DNA from: Candidatus Hadarchaeota archaeon
Lineage (GTDB): Archaea > Hadarchaeota > Hadarchaeia > Hadarchaeales > Hadarchaeaceae
Direction: 5' to 3'
Length of the DNA stretch: 46,781 nucleotides
NCBI GenBank assembly: GCA_964345105.1
Contig: CAYFPZ010000063.1
Coordinates: 1 to 46,781 of the forward strand
Positions within the stretch are counted from its first letter, which is position 1. Every line of letters begins with the position of its first letter. The notes below the pieces were generated by a model. That model did no database searches and was not told where the DNA came from. It saw only the letters and a program-made list of their open reading frames with translations. Positions 1-10,430 of this stretch are shown in pieces. The translations under genes and the position numbers were made by a program.

Positions 1-789
1 GCGGCGATGGTCACCAGCCGTGGTTGCCCTTTTCAATGTGTTTTTTGTTCCTCTTCGAAGCTGTGCGGTAAAATATGGAGGGGGAGAAGTCCGGAAAACG
101 TTTTGGAGGAGATAAAGCTACTGAGGGAGAAATACGGAGTGAGGGAGATAGAGTTCCTTGATGACACTTTCACGCTTAACAAAGAAAGGACAAAGGCGCT
201 CTGCGCTTTGATCCGAAAGGAAAAGGTAGATATCACTTGGAGCTGTTCTTCTCGCGTGGATACTATCAACGAGGAACTGGCGAGAGAACTGAAGGAAGCC
301 GGGTGCCACAGTATTTACTTGGGCGTTGAGTCCGGCTCGCAGCGAAGCCTGAATTTTCTTAAAAAGGGGATAAACCTCAGGCAGATAAAAAAGTCCGTGA
401 CAGTTTTAAAAAAGTTTAAGTTGAACACGGTATCGACATTCATTATAGGTATCCCTGGCGAAACGGTGGAAGCGATCGAAAAAACAATAAATTTTGCTAA
501 AAAGCTCGACCCCACACTCGCCCAATTCACGATATTGACCCCATACCCCGGCACCGAAATTTACGAGTTCGCACGGAGAAACAACCTTCTCCTGACGAGG
601 GATTGGTTAAAGTACACGACTTTAGATCCGGTGATGAAACTTCCTCGGTTCACCGCACGGAAGCTCAAGGAGCTTTTGAGGAAAGCTTATATGAATTTTT
701 ATTGTCGGCCATCCCAGATTTTGAGGATCTTCAAGTGGGGAGGGTTCTCTTTGTTGAAGGCGCTGAGCAAGGTCAAGGAATATTATTAA
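1..789 (+). CDS. Radical SAM protein, probably B12-binding-domain class (5' part outside window)
   Basis: TSRGCPFQCVFC gives the CxxxCxxC motif. FLDDTF, GVESGSQ, IIGIPGET and TPYPGTE are typical of B12-dependent radical SAM enzymes. The frame is open from base 1. Confidence 0.85.
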   Translation, partial: AAMVTSRGCPFQCVFCSSSKLCGKIWRGRSPENVLEEIKLLREKYGVREIEFLDDTFTLNKERTKALCALIRKEKVDITWSCSSRVDTINEELARELKEAGCHSIYLGVESGSQRSLNFLKKGINLRQIKKSVTVLKKFKLNTVSTFIIGIPGETVEAIEKTINFAKKLDPTLAQFTILTPYPGTEIYEFARRNNLLLTRDWLKYTTLDPVMKLPRFTARKLKELLRKAYMNFYCRPSQILRIFKWGGFSLLKALSKVKEYY

Positions 790-908
790 ATTTTCACCTC
801 GTCGCCGCATGTTTTCTCAAACAAAGCAGTTTTTGCTTGTTGAAACATACCCAACGGCAAAATTACGTGTCAACATCACCCGTATTTCGAAATTGCGTAC
901 TTGTCAAT

Positions 909-2303
909 TCATTCACTCGGGCACAGATACTTCTCGATAAACTTTGGGTCGATGCGCTTCAACTCGGTCGTGGGCAGCGTGCACAGAAGTTCCCACCCTA
1001 GGTCGAGCGTGGTCTCGATCGCGCGGTCTTCGTCCCGGCGCTGGTTTACAAACTCCCGCTCGAATCGGTCGGCGAAACTCAGATAGCGGCGGTCTCGCTC
1101 GGTCAGCGCTTCCTCCCCAACAACCGCAACTAAAGCTCGAAGGTCCTTGCCTTCAGCGTAAGCTGCATAGAGCTGGTTTGAGACATCGCTGTGATCCTCC
1201 CGTGTGTGCCCCTCGCCTATCCCATCCTTCATGAGCCTCGAGAGCGATGGCAAGACGTTGAGTGGCGGGTAGATACCTTTGCGATGAAGCTCACGGTCCA
1301 TGACGAGCTGCCCTTCGGTGATGTAGCCTGTGAGGTCAGGAATCGGATGGGTGATGTCGTCACCCGGCATGGTCAAGATCGGCATTTGGGTCACTGAGCC
1401 CTTCTTTTTCCCTATCCTTCCTGCGCGCTCGTACATCGTCGCAAGGTCCGTGTACAAGTAGCCGGGATAGCCCCGCCTTCCCGGTACCTCGCTTCGAGCG
1501 GCGGAAATCTCTCGCAGGGCCTCGCAGTAGTTCGTCATATCTACCAAGATGACTAGCACGTGCATCCCTTGGGTGAACGCGAAGTATTCGGCAGTCGTCA
1601 GGGCCAAGCGCGGCGTAAGGATGCGCTCGATGGCGGGATCGCTGGCGAGGTTCAAGAACACGGTCGCCCGCTCCAGCGCGCCCGTTCGCTCGAAGTCGCG
1701 AGTGAAGAATGCTGCCTCTTCGTGTGTTATCCCCATCCCGCAAAAAATTACGCAGAACTTCTCCTCCTCACCAAGCACCTTCGCCTGCCTAGCGATCTGC
1801 GCGGCGAGTTCGTTGTGGGGCAAGCCGGAGCCCGAGAAGATGGGCAACTTTTGACCCCGGACGAGCGTGTTCATGCCGTCGATGGATGATACGCCAGTCT
1901 GAATGAACTCGCTAGGGTATTCCCTTGCCGCAGGATTTATTGGGGCCCCATGCACATCCCACTCGTCCTCAAAAATCGGTTTGGGGCCGCCATCTATGGG
2001 TTCGCCACGCCCGCTAAAAATTCTGCCGAGCAACTCGAGCCCGACGCCGAACTTGATGGTTTCGCCCGTGAAGCGAACGCGGGTTTTGAAAGTGTCGATG
2101 CCGCTCGTGCCCTCGTAGACCTGCACTACAGCGCGATTCTCGTAGGCGTCCAGCACTTGCCCGTGTTTTGTTTCCCCATCGGGCGTGGTCACCTCCACGA
2201 CTTCCCCGTAGGCAATGCCGCTTACGCCCTCGACTACCATCAGTGGGCCAGAAACTTCTGCGACAGTTAAATATTCACGACTCTTAACGCTCTCGCTTTT
2301 CAC
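909..2303 (-). CDS. atpB: A/V-type ATP synthase subunit B
   Basis: Motifs [38 protein letters not shown] and [18 protein letters not shown]. Start placed at the second GTG (2303), 5 nt after GGTGA; the ORF extends to 2312. Confidence 0.97.
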   Translation of the reverse strand: MKSESVKSREYLTVAEVSGPLMVVEGVSGIAYGEVVEVTTPDGETKHGQVLDAYENRAVVQVYEGTSGIDTFKTRVRFTGETIKFGVGLELLGRIFSGRGEPIDGGPKPIFEDEWDVHGAPINPAAREYPSEFIQTGVSSIDGMNTLVRGQKLPIFSGSGLPHNELAAQIARQAKVLGEEEKFCVIFCGMGITHEEAAFFTRDFERTGALERATVFLNLASDPAIERILTPRLALTTAEYFAFTQGMHVLVILVDMTNYCEALREISAARSEVPGRRGYPGYLYTDLATMYERAGRIGKKKGSVTQMPILTMPGDDITHPIPDLTGYITEGQLVMDRELHRKGIYPPLNVLPSLSRLMKDGIGEGHTREDHSDVSNQLYAAYAEGKDLRALVAVVGEEALTERDRRYLSFADRFEREFVNQRRDEDRAIETTLDLGWELLCTLPTTELKRIDPKFIEKYLCPSE

Positions 2304-4083
2304 TCTTTTCACCTTCGGTTTTTGGTGCTTTCATTGTTCGCATCAGCTCTTCGAACTGTTTCTTGAGCTGTTTTTCAAAATTCTCTCGCTCTTTCATGAA
2401 CTTTTCTGAGGGAAGCCGCTTCATGCCCGCGATGGTCTCCTTGATCGGCAGCTTTTTAATCTCCTCTACCGAGACGCCCCGTCGCGCTGCTTCCACGGAG
2501 TTATGATAGAAATCGAGCACGAGCTTGAGCATCCCGAACTGTTTTTCGACAGGGCAGTGGGTGTCGACCTCGTGGAAGGCGAACTGTTGAAGGAAGTCCT
2601 CTCGCATCATCCGCGCGGCCTCTAGCACGGCTCGCTCCGGCTCGGGAAGGGCATCAGGCCCCACGAGCTTCACGATTTCATCGAGCTCGGCCTCCTTCTG
2701 GAGCATGGCGATCGATTCATCGCGCAGGACCTTCCAATCCTCGCCGAGCTTTTGTTTCCACCACTCGCGGACGTTGTCGGCGTAGAGTGAGTAGCTATTG
2801 AGCCAGTGGATGGCCGGGAAGTGGCGCCGGTCGGCCAGCCCCGTGTCGAGCGCCCAGAAGACCTTGACAATGCGAAGCGTGTTTTGTGAAACGGGCTCCG
2901 AAAGGTCGCCTCCGGGCGGAGAAACGGCGCCGAGTACTGTCACGGAGCCGAAGCGCTCATCGTTGCCGAGCGTCCGCACGCGGCCAGCTCGCTCATAGAA
3001 TTCCGCCAGCCTAGAGGCTAAGTATGCGGGAAAGCCCTCCTCACCCGGCATCTCCTCTAGTCGCCCTGAAATCTCACGCATAGCCTCGGCCCATCGCGAG
3101 GTGGAGTCGGCCATCAGCGCTACATCGTAGCCCATGTCTCGGAAGTACTCGGCGATGGTTATTCCCGTGTAGACGCTCGCCTCGCGCGCGGCCACGGGCA
3201 TGTTTGAGGTGTTGGCGATGAGTGTGGTTCGCGCCATAAGCGACTCGCCGCTGCGCGGGTCCTTCAGCTTTGGGAAGTGCACTAGCACATCACACATCTC
3301 GTTGCCCCGCTCGCCGCAGCCCACGTAAACGACCACGTCTGCGGCTGCCCATTTCGCGAACTGATGAAGCATAACCGTTTTACCCGTGCCGAAGCCTCCA
3401 GGGATTGCTGCCGTACCCCCTTTCGCGATTGGGAAGAACGTGTCGGTGATGCGCTGCCCAGAAATGAGCGGCTCATTCGGATCGAACTTCTCTTTAAATG
3501 GCCTCACCCGCCGCACAGGCCAAGTTTGCATCATCGCAACCTCTCGCTTGCCATCAGCGGTCTCGATGGTGGTGATGATATCCTCAATTCTGTGCCCGCC
3601 ATCCGCTAGCTCTAGGATTTTTCCGTTGACGCCGGGGGGGACCAAAATTCGGTGTTCGACAAGCTTGCTCTCCTTGACGGTTCCGAGTACATCACCCTCG
3701 ACGACCTCTGCGCCTCGCTTGACCTTTGGCGCGAACTCCCACTTCTTATCACGCGGCAGGGCATTGGCGAAGACGCCTCGCTTTATCATATCCCCTATTT
3801 TCGCCTGGATGATTGTGAGCGGTCGCTGCGTTCCATCATAAATCGCGCCGATGAGCCCGGGTCCAAGCTCTACAGAGAGGGGTTTTCCAGTCCCTTCGAC
3901 TTTTTCGCTCGGTTTTATGCCCGAGGTCTCCTCATACACCTGAATCATCGCACGATCTTCAGTCAGGCCAATTATCTCCCCCATCAGGCCCTCCTCTCCT
4001 ACCTTGACGAGTTCATACATCTCCGAGCCTTTCATACCATCAGCGATAACTACGGGCCCCGTGATTCGGACGATCTTTCCCAA
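2284..4083 (-). CDS. atpA: A/V-type ATP synthase catalytic subunit A
   Basis: Walker [30 protein letters not shown] and DSTSRWAEA. 599 aa with no intein; TTG start. Confidence 0.98.
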   Translation of the reverse strand: MGKIVRITGPVVIADGMKGSEMYELVKVGEEGLMGEIIGLTEDRAMIQVYEETSGIKPSEKVEGTGKPLSVELGPGLIGAIYDGTQRPLTIIQAKIGDMIKRGVFANALPRDKKWEFAPKVKRGAEVVEGDVLGTVKESKLVEHRILVPPGVNGKILELADGGHRIEDIITTIETADGKREVAMMQTWPVRRVRPFKEKFDPNEPLISGQRITDTFFPIAKGGTAAIPGGFGTGKTVMLHQFAKWAAADVVVYVGCGERGNEMCDVLVHFPKLKDPRSGESLMARTTLIANTSNMPVAAREASVYTGITIAEYFRDMGYDVALMADSTSRWAEAMREISGRLEEMPGEEGFPAYLASRLAEFYERAGRVRTLGNDERFGSVTVLGAVSPPGGDLSEPVSQNTLRIVKVFWALDTGLADRRHFPAIHWLNSYSLYADNVREWWKQKLGEDWKVLRDESIAMLQKEAELDEIVKLVGPDALPEPERAVLEAARMMREDFLQQFAFHEVDTHCPVEKQFGMLKLVLDFYHNSVEAARRGVSVEEIKKLPIKETIAGMKRLPSEKFMKERENFEKQLKKQFEELMRTMKAPKTEGEKSEKRER

Positions 4084-4207
4084 TCAAACACCCCGAACTA
4101 TAGCTAAATTGGTGGCTTCACTTTTATGAATATCTCTACTGTAATAAGAAACTTTTATTTGTATCACTTCTAATTAACTTTGACGTTGTACACTGGACGG
4201 GAGCTAA
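4084..4207. promoter_or_regulatory. Divergent promoter region for atpAB and atpHIKECFD
   Basis: 124-bp AT-rich spacer between head-to-head genes with TATA-like elements (TTTTATGAA, CTTTTATTT, TAATTAA). Confidence 0.55.
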
Positions 4208-4519
4208 GTGGTCGAGGAAAGTCTTCGCGAGATCTTTGAAGCAGAGAAAAAGGCAAGGGAGCAAATGGAAGCGGCGCAGCGAGAAGCTGTAACCCTTCTC
4301 GAATCCACTCGAAAGGAAGTGCAGAAACTAAAGGAGAGCGCAAAGGCGGGGGCGAAATCAAAGGCAGAAAAAGTGGTCGGGGAATCGAGGAAAAAGGCAG
4401 AGGCAGATGTGCAGGAGCTGCTGGTGAAAAATCGCAAAGAGATTCAGGCGATGGAGAAAAAAGCTAGGGCGAGGCACACGGAGGCGGTCAAGCTCGTTCT
4501 GGATGTCATTCTCAGGTGA
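4208..4519 (+). CDS. atpH: A/V-type ATP synthase subunit H (G-like peripheral stalk)
   Basis: 103-aa charged coiled-coil protein directly upstream of subunit I. Confidence 0.85.
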   Translation: MVEESLREIFEAEKKAREQMEAAQREAVTLLESTRKEVQKLKESAKAGAKSKAEKVVGESRKKAEADVQELLVKNRKEIQAMEKKARARHTEAVKLVLDVILR

Positions 4520-6516
4520 ATTCCACGTTCAAAACAGCTCGAATGCAGAAGTTTAGGGCGATTTTCCTCCAACAAGCGCATGATAACGTTGTGGCTAGGC
4601 TTCACGAGGCTGGTGTAGTTCAACTTAAGGAGATCTCGGAGCTGGAGGTCGCGCGGAAGGCGGTGAGGGAGGAGGTGTATGAGTTCTCCTCACTACTCGC
4701 AAAATTCAGGGAGATGCAGGAGTTTCTCGGCCCATCGCGTAAGCCGGTTGAGGTTGAGGAGCTCACTTACGCGCAAACCTTGAAAGAAGCGAAAAGGCTC
4801 CTCGAGAGGCTCGAGCCGAAGTTAAGTACATTGAAGACAAAAAGCGAGGAACTCGATAAGAAGAGACAAGAGCTGCACACCCAAATGGAGGTACTCGAAA
4901 ATTTCAGAGAAATAAAATTTTCGCTAAGCTACCTTCGATCGACGGATGAAATTCAAGTTAAGGTAGGGTGGATCGCAGAGGAGCGGATACGAGAGTTCTC
5001 GGACGCGGCAAGGGAAATATTGGGACAAAAAGTTTTTGTGGAGGTGTTTGGGAAGGGCGAGCGAAGGATTTTGATTGCCGTCTATCGCGCAAGAGATCAG
5101 CAGAAGCTCTTACCCATGTTCTACAGGTTTGAAATAGAGCTTTTAGAGATACCAAGTATCCCAAGAACTCCGCGGGAGGCGATCAAAGAACTCGAAAAGC
5201 AGCTGGAGGAACTTGCCAAGGAACGGGCTGATCTCGAGATGAGGAGGAAGGAGCTCGCCAAAGCTGAGGCAAGAGAGGTGAGCAAGTTCCTCGAACTTCT
5301 TGAGATTCAGATGGAACGCTTGGGGGGCACTGGGCTATTTGGCTTCACCGACGCCACCGTGGTCATCGAGGGCTGGATACCCAAGAAGGTGGACATCGAG
5401 CCCATTCTGAGTGCAGCTACTAACGGGCGGCATATAATTCGAATTTACAAGCCCCAAAAAGTCGAGGTCGAGGCTGTCCCCATACAGCTTGAAAACCCTA
5501 AGGGGGTGGGTGATTTTGAACTCATCACCGAAATGTACGGCTTGCCTAAGTACGACGAGGTTGACCCCACACCATTCCTAGCGTTCACCTTTCCGCTTTT
5601 CTTCGCAGTCTGCTTGTCGGATGCTGGTTACGGGCTTTTGCTCGGGCTTTTCATGGGATCTGGCTTCTGGTTTGCAAAAGCCTTCCCGAGAAGTTTAAGG
5701 AGGATGATGGTGGTGGGCGCGGCGTGTACCGTTGTGATAGGCGCCCTTATCGGAGGATGGTTCGGATTTGGCCCCCTGTGGATAAACCCCATGGAAAATC
5801 CCATACCTATCCTTAAGCTTGCTGTTTTCATAGGTATCCTGCACATTATCATTGGGTTTGGAGTGGCTGCCGCGCTGAAGGACTTTTTCAGGAGGGATTG
5901 GAGGAACTTGATCCTCAACCATATTCCTCGAGTACTAGTCGTGGTGGGGTTCTTTGGGCTGAGCTTTTGTGCTTTGGGCGTTAGCCTGAGTGATTTTGGG
6001 ATAGATTTCACGTTTCCAAAAATGAATCTCTTTGAAGCGTTTAATCCCCTTGCACTGGCTCCCTTCATGGTCGTAGCTTTCAGGGTTTTGCTTTACGTTG
6101 GGTTGGGTATTGGAGTTACAGGGGCGGTAATGATGGCTAAGGGATTGCGGGAGAGACTAAGTGGGCCCATCAACGTTGTATACGGCATAACCGGGTTGGT
6201 CGCTGATGCCGCCTCCTACAGCAGGCTCATGGCCCTCGGCATAGCCACGGGTATCATAGCATACGCGATAAACTACATCGGTGGGTGGCTGTACGAGCCC
6301 TTGTCCCCCCCACTCTCATATATCGTGCTGGTGCCACTGTTGGTTGCGCTCTTCGCGGCGCACTGTTTCAACATCTTCATCCAAAGCCTCGGGGCTTTCA
6401 TTCACACCATGCGTTTGCATTACGTCGAATTTTTCGGGAAGTTCTACGAGGGCGGCGGCGAGAAGTTTGCTCCCTTTAAAGCTAAAAGGATGTTTACTAA
6501 AATAATAAGGAGGTGA
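4516..6516 (+). CDS. atpI: A/V-type ATP synthase subunit I (a)
   Basis: Soluble N-half plus membrane C-half. Motifs YGLPKYDEVDPTP, SDAGYG, SYSRLMALG (essential Arg) and RLHYVEFFGKFY. Confidence 0.97.
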   Translation: MNSTFKTARMQKFRAIFLQQAHDNVVARLHEAGVVQLKEISELEVARKAVREEVYEFSSLLAKFREMQEFLGPSRKPVEVEELTYAQTLKEAKRLLERLEPKLSTLKTKSEELDKKRQELHTQMEVLENFREIKFSLSYLRSTDEIQVKVGWIAEERIREFSDAAREILGQKVFVEVFGKGERRILIAVYRARDQQKLLPMFYRFEIELLEIPSIPRTPREAIKELEKQLEELAKERADLEMRRKELAKAEAREVSKFLELLEIQMERLGGTGLFGFTDATVVIEGWIPKKVDIEPILSAATNGRHIIRIYKPQKVEVEAVPIQLENPKGVGDFELITEMYGLPKYDEVDPTPFLAFTFPLFFAVCLSDAGYGLLLGLFMGSGFWFAKAFPRSLRRMMVVGAACTVVIGALIGGWFGFGPLWINPMENPIPILKLAVFIGILHIIIGFGVAAALKDFFRRDWRNLILNHIPRVLVVVGFFGLSFCALGVSLSDFGIDFTFPKMNLFEAFNPLALAPFMVVAFRVLLYVGLGIGVTGAVMMAKGLRERLSGPINVVYGITGLVADAASYSRLMALGIATGIIAYAINYIGGWLYEPLSPPLSYIVLVPLLVALFAAHCFNIFIQSLGAFIHTMRLHYVEFFGKFYEGGGEKFAPFKAKRMFTKIIRR

Positions 6517-6989
6517 GGAACCTGGTAGCCGAAGGAGTCTGGGTAGCTTTGGCGGCTGGTCTAGCGATAGCGATTCCAGGGATAATCTCTGGCCTGGGCG
6601 TGGGCATAGCCGGCGTTGCTGCTGCTGCGGTGGCGAGTGAGGATCCGAAGAAGGCTTACAAGGCATTCGTATTCGAAGTGTTGCCTGGGACGCAAGGAAT
6701 CTATGGCTTCGTTGCTGGCTTTTTGATTATAATCGGCGCAGGGCTATCGGCGGGTGCTGAGGTAACAGTTCCGGTTGGTCTGGCAGTGTTGGCCGCGGCC
6801 GTTCCTGCTATCCTTCAGGGATTCACCGCGTATCCACAAGGATTAGTTGCCTCTGCGAGTATTACAGCGTTCGCCAAGAGACCAGAGGTATTCGCCCCCG
6901 GTCTAATGTACACAGTGATGGTCGAGCTCTACGCTATATTGGGGCTCTTAGCGACGATTCTCATGCTGACGTTTATAGGCGCGCTGTAG
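6513..6989 (+). CDS. atpK: A/V-type ATP synthase subunit K (c), 4-TM duplicated type
   Basis: Four hydrophobic helices with LPGTQGIYG, PQG and MVELYAILG. The true start may be the in-frame CTG at 6522. Confidence 0.95.
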   Translation: MRNLVAEGVWVALAAGLAIAIPGIISGLGVGIAGVAAAAVASEDPKKAYKAFVFEVLPGTQGIYGFVAGFLIIIGAGLSAGAEVTVPVGLAVLAAAVPAILQGFTAYPQGLVASASITAFAKRPEVFAPGLMYTVMVELYAILGLLATILMLTFIGAL

Positions 6990-7000
6990 GGGGAAAGATT

Positions 7001-7630
7001 TTGCCAGCTGAGAAAGGCGCCAAGCTGATAATCGATGACATCGTAAAAGAGGCGAAAAAGAAGGCAGCCGAGGTAATCCAAGAGACGAAGCGAGAGGCTG
7101 CCACGATGCTTGACGCTGCCCGACTAGGTGCCAAAGAGGAGGAGGAGAAAAGATTGAAGGAGGCGCGCGCTCGCGGCAAGCAAGTCTATGAGGAGGGCAT
7201 GGCCGAGGGCAGGATGAAGGCGAAGAAAGAAATGCTCCAAAAAAAGGAGGGGCTCATCGGCAACGTTTTTAAAGAGGTTGAGGAGAAGCTCCGAGCGCAT
7301 GTTGCGTCCAAGAGGTATAAAGAGGATATCGCTCGAATCACTTTGAACGCTTGTAGAAAGCTCGGCTCCGGCGATGTAATAGTTAGGGCAAATCGGCAGG
7401 ACCTGAAACTCCTTGAGTCATTTAAAGAGCAAATTGCGCGCGAGCTGAGCGGCGGCGAAAAAAAAGTGAAAATCTCGTTCGGTGAGCCGATTCAAGTCAT
7501 CGGTGGTGTGAAGGTTGGGGCACCTGATGGTACGGTAGAGATAGATGAGACTTTCGAGGGCAGGATGCGTAGGGAATTCGAGGTGCTTAGAGTAAAGGTC
7601 GCAAAGGTTCTCTTCGAAGGGTCTGGATGA
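7001..7630 (+). CDS. atpE: A/V-type ATP synthase subunit E
   Basis: Coiled-coil N-terminus, C-terminal IGGVKV...IDETFEGRM, and operon position. Confidence 0.93.
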   Translation: MPAEKGAKLIIDDIVKEAKKKAAEVIQETKREAATMLDAARLGAKEEEEKRLKEARARGKQVYEEGMAEGRMKAKKEMLQKKEGLIGNVFKEVEEKLRAHVASKRYKEDIARITLNACRKLGSGDVIVRANRQDLKLLESFKEQIARELSGGEKKVKISFGEPIQVIGGVKVGAPDGTVEIDETFEGRMRREFEVLRVKVAKVLFEGSG

Positions 7631-8760
7631 TCGAAGTACTAGTAATCATTTTCGGGATGATAGGCTTCTTTTTTGCGTTGGTGATTTTTCACGCGAGGCG
7701 CTCGATGGCATACGTCTACTGCAGCGCAACGATCAGTGCTTGGGAAGCGAGGCTATTCCCAGAAGCGCGTCTGAGGGAGCTGGCTGATGCTCCAGGGGTA
7801 GTGAATATTTTCGCAGCCCTCGACGACACGGACTACCGTCAGCAGTTAGCGGGGATCCAGAGGGAAGGGGAGTTGAACATGGTTGAGGTGGAGAACGCCT
7901 TTAGGGACAATTCGAACGCACGCTACCTTGAGATACTCAATATGGTGCCGAAGAAGCGAAAAGAAACGATTAGGAAGGTACTTCAGCGGGTAGAGGTTTG
8001 GAATCTCAAGGCGATCGTTACGGCAATTCATAACAAAACACCCAAGGAGGAGAGGCTCAAAGAACTCATGCCCTCGCCAACGATGCCGCGCGAGAGGCTC
8101 GAGATGCTCGCCTCCGCCGAAAACTTTGAGCAGCTACTTGAATTTCTGAAGGAGAGCGAGTATTTCAGCGTGCTCTCGGAGGCGCTGAGAGAGTACGAGG
8201 AGCGCGGACTCATTCCTTTGCTCTCCGCGTTCGACAGGTATTACTACACCAGCTTGTGGAGGGAGGTTTTGCGGGTGAAGGCGCAGCGTTCGATTCTCAA
8301 GTCGCTGGTGGGTTGCGAGATAGATATCGTGAACCTCAAGCTTATTCTGCGGCTGAAGCGGGAGGGGGTAAATCCGGAGGAAATCGATAGGTATCTCATC
8401 CGACCTTCCCACATGCTGACGGAGGGGATACTTCGAGCCATGGCAGTCGCCGAAGACATTCGATCGGCCGTGGATGCGGTCTCCCGTACCCCCTACGGCA
8501 AAATTTTACTGGAGGTTCTCCCGCAGATCGAGGCCCAAGGGCTTTCCGCGGCAGAGCGGGCCCTAGATGAAATGCAGTTGAAGGTATTCAGATGGCTGGC
8601 GCTCACCAAGCTCTTCAGCATAGCACCGGTGATTTCGTACATTCGCTTGAAGGAAAATGAGATGAAAAATCTGCGGGTGATAATAAGGCTCAAGGTGGAC
8701 AAGGTCGAGCCCCAGAAAATAAAGGAAACAATAGTGAAGGTGCCAAAAATTGAGTTTTAA
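7627..8760 (+). CDS. atpC: A/V-type ATP synthase subunit C
   Basis: Motifs YVYCSATI..E.RL, EIDIVNLKLILRLK and KENEMKNLRVI; N-terminal hydrophobic segment; operon position. Confidence 0.93.
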   Translation: MIEVLVIIFGMIGFFFALVIFHARRSMAYVYCSATISAWEARLFPEARLRELADAPGVVNIFAALDDTDYRQQLAGIQREGELNMVEVENAFRDNSNARYLEILNMVPKKRKETIRKVLQRVEVWNLKAIVTAIHNKTPKEERLKELMPSPTMPRERLEMLASAENFEQLLEFLKESEYFSVLSEALREYEERGLIPLLSAFDRYYYTSLWREVLRVKAQRSILKSLVGCEIDIVNLKLILRLKREGVNPEEIDRYLIRPSHMLTEGILRAMAVAEDIRSAVDAVSRTPYGKILLEVLPQIEAQGLSAAERALDEMQLKVFRWLALTKLFSIAPVISYIRLKENEMKNLRVIIRLKVDKVEPQKIKETIVKVPKIEF

Positions 8761-9088
8761 AATAGCTGTAGTTGGGGATCAAGATACCGTGACGGGATTC
8801 GCTTTGGCAGGCGCGACCTATGCCCACATTTCCACGACGAAAGAAGAGACACTGGTCAAGCTGGGCGAATTTCTCGCCAGCGACGAAATTGGGCTCGTGC
8901 TGATAACCCACCGCGTCGCGGAGGAGCTTGGTCATGATTTCCGCCGGATGGTGCAGACGAAGCGATTGCTTCCCCTCGTGCTGAGAATTCCTGACAAGAC
9001 TGGATATGTACCGGAGGTCGATGAGCTGCGTGAGATAATCAAGCGCACGGTTGGAGTCGAGATCATGGTCAGGAAGGAGGGTGGATAG
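8750..9088 (+). CDS. atpF: A/V-type ATP synthase subunit F
   Basis: KIAVVGDQDTVTGFALAG, IPDKTG and IIKRTVG. Confidence 0.95.
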   Translation: MSFKIAVVGDQDTVTGFALAGATYAHISTTKEETLVKLGEFLASDEIGLVLITHRVAEELGHDFRRMVQTKRLLPLVLRIPDKTGYVPEVDELREIIKRTVGVEIMVRKEGG

Positions 9089-9727
9089 ATGGCGATGGCC
9101 ATAGCGGTGTACCCGACTCGGATGGAGCTCTTGAAGTTGAGACAAAGGGTGGGCCTCGCGCAAAGGGGGCACGACCTACTCAAGGAGAAAATGGATGCAC
9201 TTGTCATTGAGTTCTTTGATGTAGTAAAGCGAATCCAAGAAGCTAGGGCAAAGGCGCTAGAGCAGCTCTCAGTAGCCCACCGCGCGCTATCGATGTGCTT
9301 CGCCATCATGGGGACGCTCGAGACTAAGCAGGCTTCCAAAGAGGCAAAACGGGAGCTTCAAGTGGAGATTTCAACTCGCCACATAATGGGCATCGCGGTG
9401 CCGGCCATCGAAGTCGAAGAGGTTGAGCGCGACGCTTTGATGAGGGGTTATAGCTTGCACATAACATCTTCGGTGCTCGATGAGGCGTCGAGGGAGTTCG
9501 AGCGAGCGCTCAAGCTTCTGATAGGTCTAGCTGAACTTGAGGGATCGGCGTTCGCTATCGCCAAAGAACTCGAGAAGACCAAGCGAAGGGTGAACGCACT
9601 CGAGTATATTTTGATCCCGAGGTTAAAGGAGGCCCTTAAGTTCATCATGATGAAGCTCGATGAGATGGAGCGGGAGAACTTCTCCCGTCTGAAGCGGATA
9701 AAAGCGATGCTAGAGGAACGTGAGTGA
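9089..9727 (+). CDS. atpD: A/V-type ATP synthase subunit D
   Basis: PTRMELLKL..GHDLLKEK, KTKRRVNALEY and LDEMERENFSRLKRIK. Confidence 0.97.
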   Translation: MAMAIAVYPTRMELLKLRQRVGLAQRGHDLLKEKMDALVIEFFDVVKRIQEARAKALEQLSVAHRALSMCFAIMGTLETKQASKEAKRELQVEISTRHIMGIAVPAIEVEEVERDALMRGYSLHITSSVLDEASREFERALKLLIGLAELEGSAFAIAKELEKTKRRVNALEYILIPRLKEALKFIMMKLDEMERENFSRLKRIKAMLEERE

Positions 9728-10119
9728 GCGCGGATCGTCTGATAAAATTTGAGCTAAGCAAGCTCAACGTGCATTTGCCCCAGAGGCGTCTTTCGTTAAA
9801 GGAGGCACTTTTGTCTGCGAAGCCTCAAGTCGTGACGCGTGATGGCGGTGTTCACAAGTTCAAGCGCGAGGAGCTTGAGTTCTTGGCGGGGCTTCTCCCC
9901 GAGACGGATAGGGATAAGCTACAACTGCCAATTCTAATCGCGCTGGAGCCGAAGCTCGGTAGAGGTACTGCTAGGATAAGTGGAGAGGCCGAGGTAAAAG
10001 TTGTCAGTCAGGTTCTCGAAAAGGAGCCCGCTGTCGGGGAGCTGCTGATATATCGCCCTGAGGTGGCGATTCTGCGGAGAAAACTCCCCACGACCACGCA
10101 GTACCTTTTTCTTTGGTGA
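9724..10119 (+). CDS. DUF61 (UPF0216) family protein
   Basis: LN.HLP..R.SL, RDG..H.F..EEL and LPILI pattern. This family is commonly found after archaeal atpD; overlaps the atpD stop. Confidence 0.75.
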   Translation: MSADRLIKFELSKLNVHLPQRRLSLKEALLSAKPQVVTRDGGVHKFKREELEFLAGLLPETDRDKLQLPILIALEPKLGRGTARISGEAEVKVVSQVLEKEPAVGELLIYRPEVAILRRKLPTTTQYLFLW

Positions 10120-10123
10120 TCGC

Positions 10124-10423
10124 ATGGAAGCACGCAAAGGCGCCATCTTGATGGCCTTGTTTTACCCGTTCACGATCGTTACCATTGCAGCAGGCTTCTT
10201 GGCATTCGTGATGATTGTGTTAAAGTTTGATATCCTCATGGTTTCGACTGTAGTTCTGTGGTTTTATTTCGCGTGTGCGGCATCTATCTATTTCATCTCA
10301 GAGCGAGCGCTCAAGGTTTTCGGGGTTCGCAGGCTTTTCCTAGGTTTTATAATTACCATCGGAATTCTCGCGATTTTGTCTGCAGCCTTATTTGTTTTGA
10401 GGCAGTTCGGAACCTCAATTTAG
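10124..10423 (+). CDS. Hypothetical small membrane protein (about 3 TM)
   Basis: 99 aa, strongly hydrophobic; GGTGA RBS 4 nt before ATG. Confidence 0.7.
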   Translation: MEARKGAILMALFYPFTIVTIAAGFLAFVMIVLKFDILMVSTVVLWFYFACAASIYFISERALKVFGVRRLFLGFIITIGILAILSAALFVLRQFGTSI

Positions 10424-10430
10424 CTGCTTG

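Noticed and set aside
790..908. Imperfect hairpin (about 817-843) between convergent genes
   Set aside because: Weak, bulged stem; at most a terminator. Not supportable as an ncRNA.
2284..4083. Intein in AtpA
   Set aside because: Normal length with continuous motifs after Walker A.
4141..4167. GTAATA-N15-TATCAC in the ATP synthase divergent promoter, resembling a NikR box
   Set aside because: The spacer is 15 rather than 16, one half-site is imperfect, and there is no clear Ni link.
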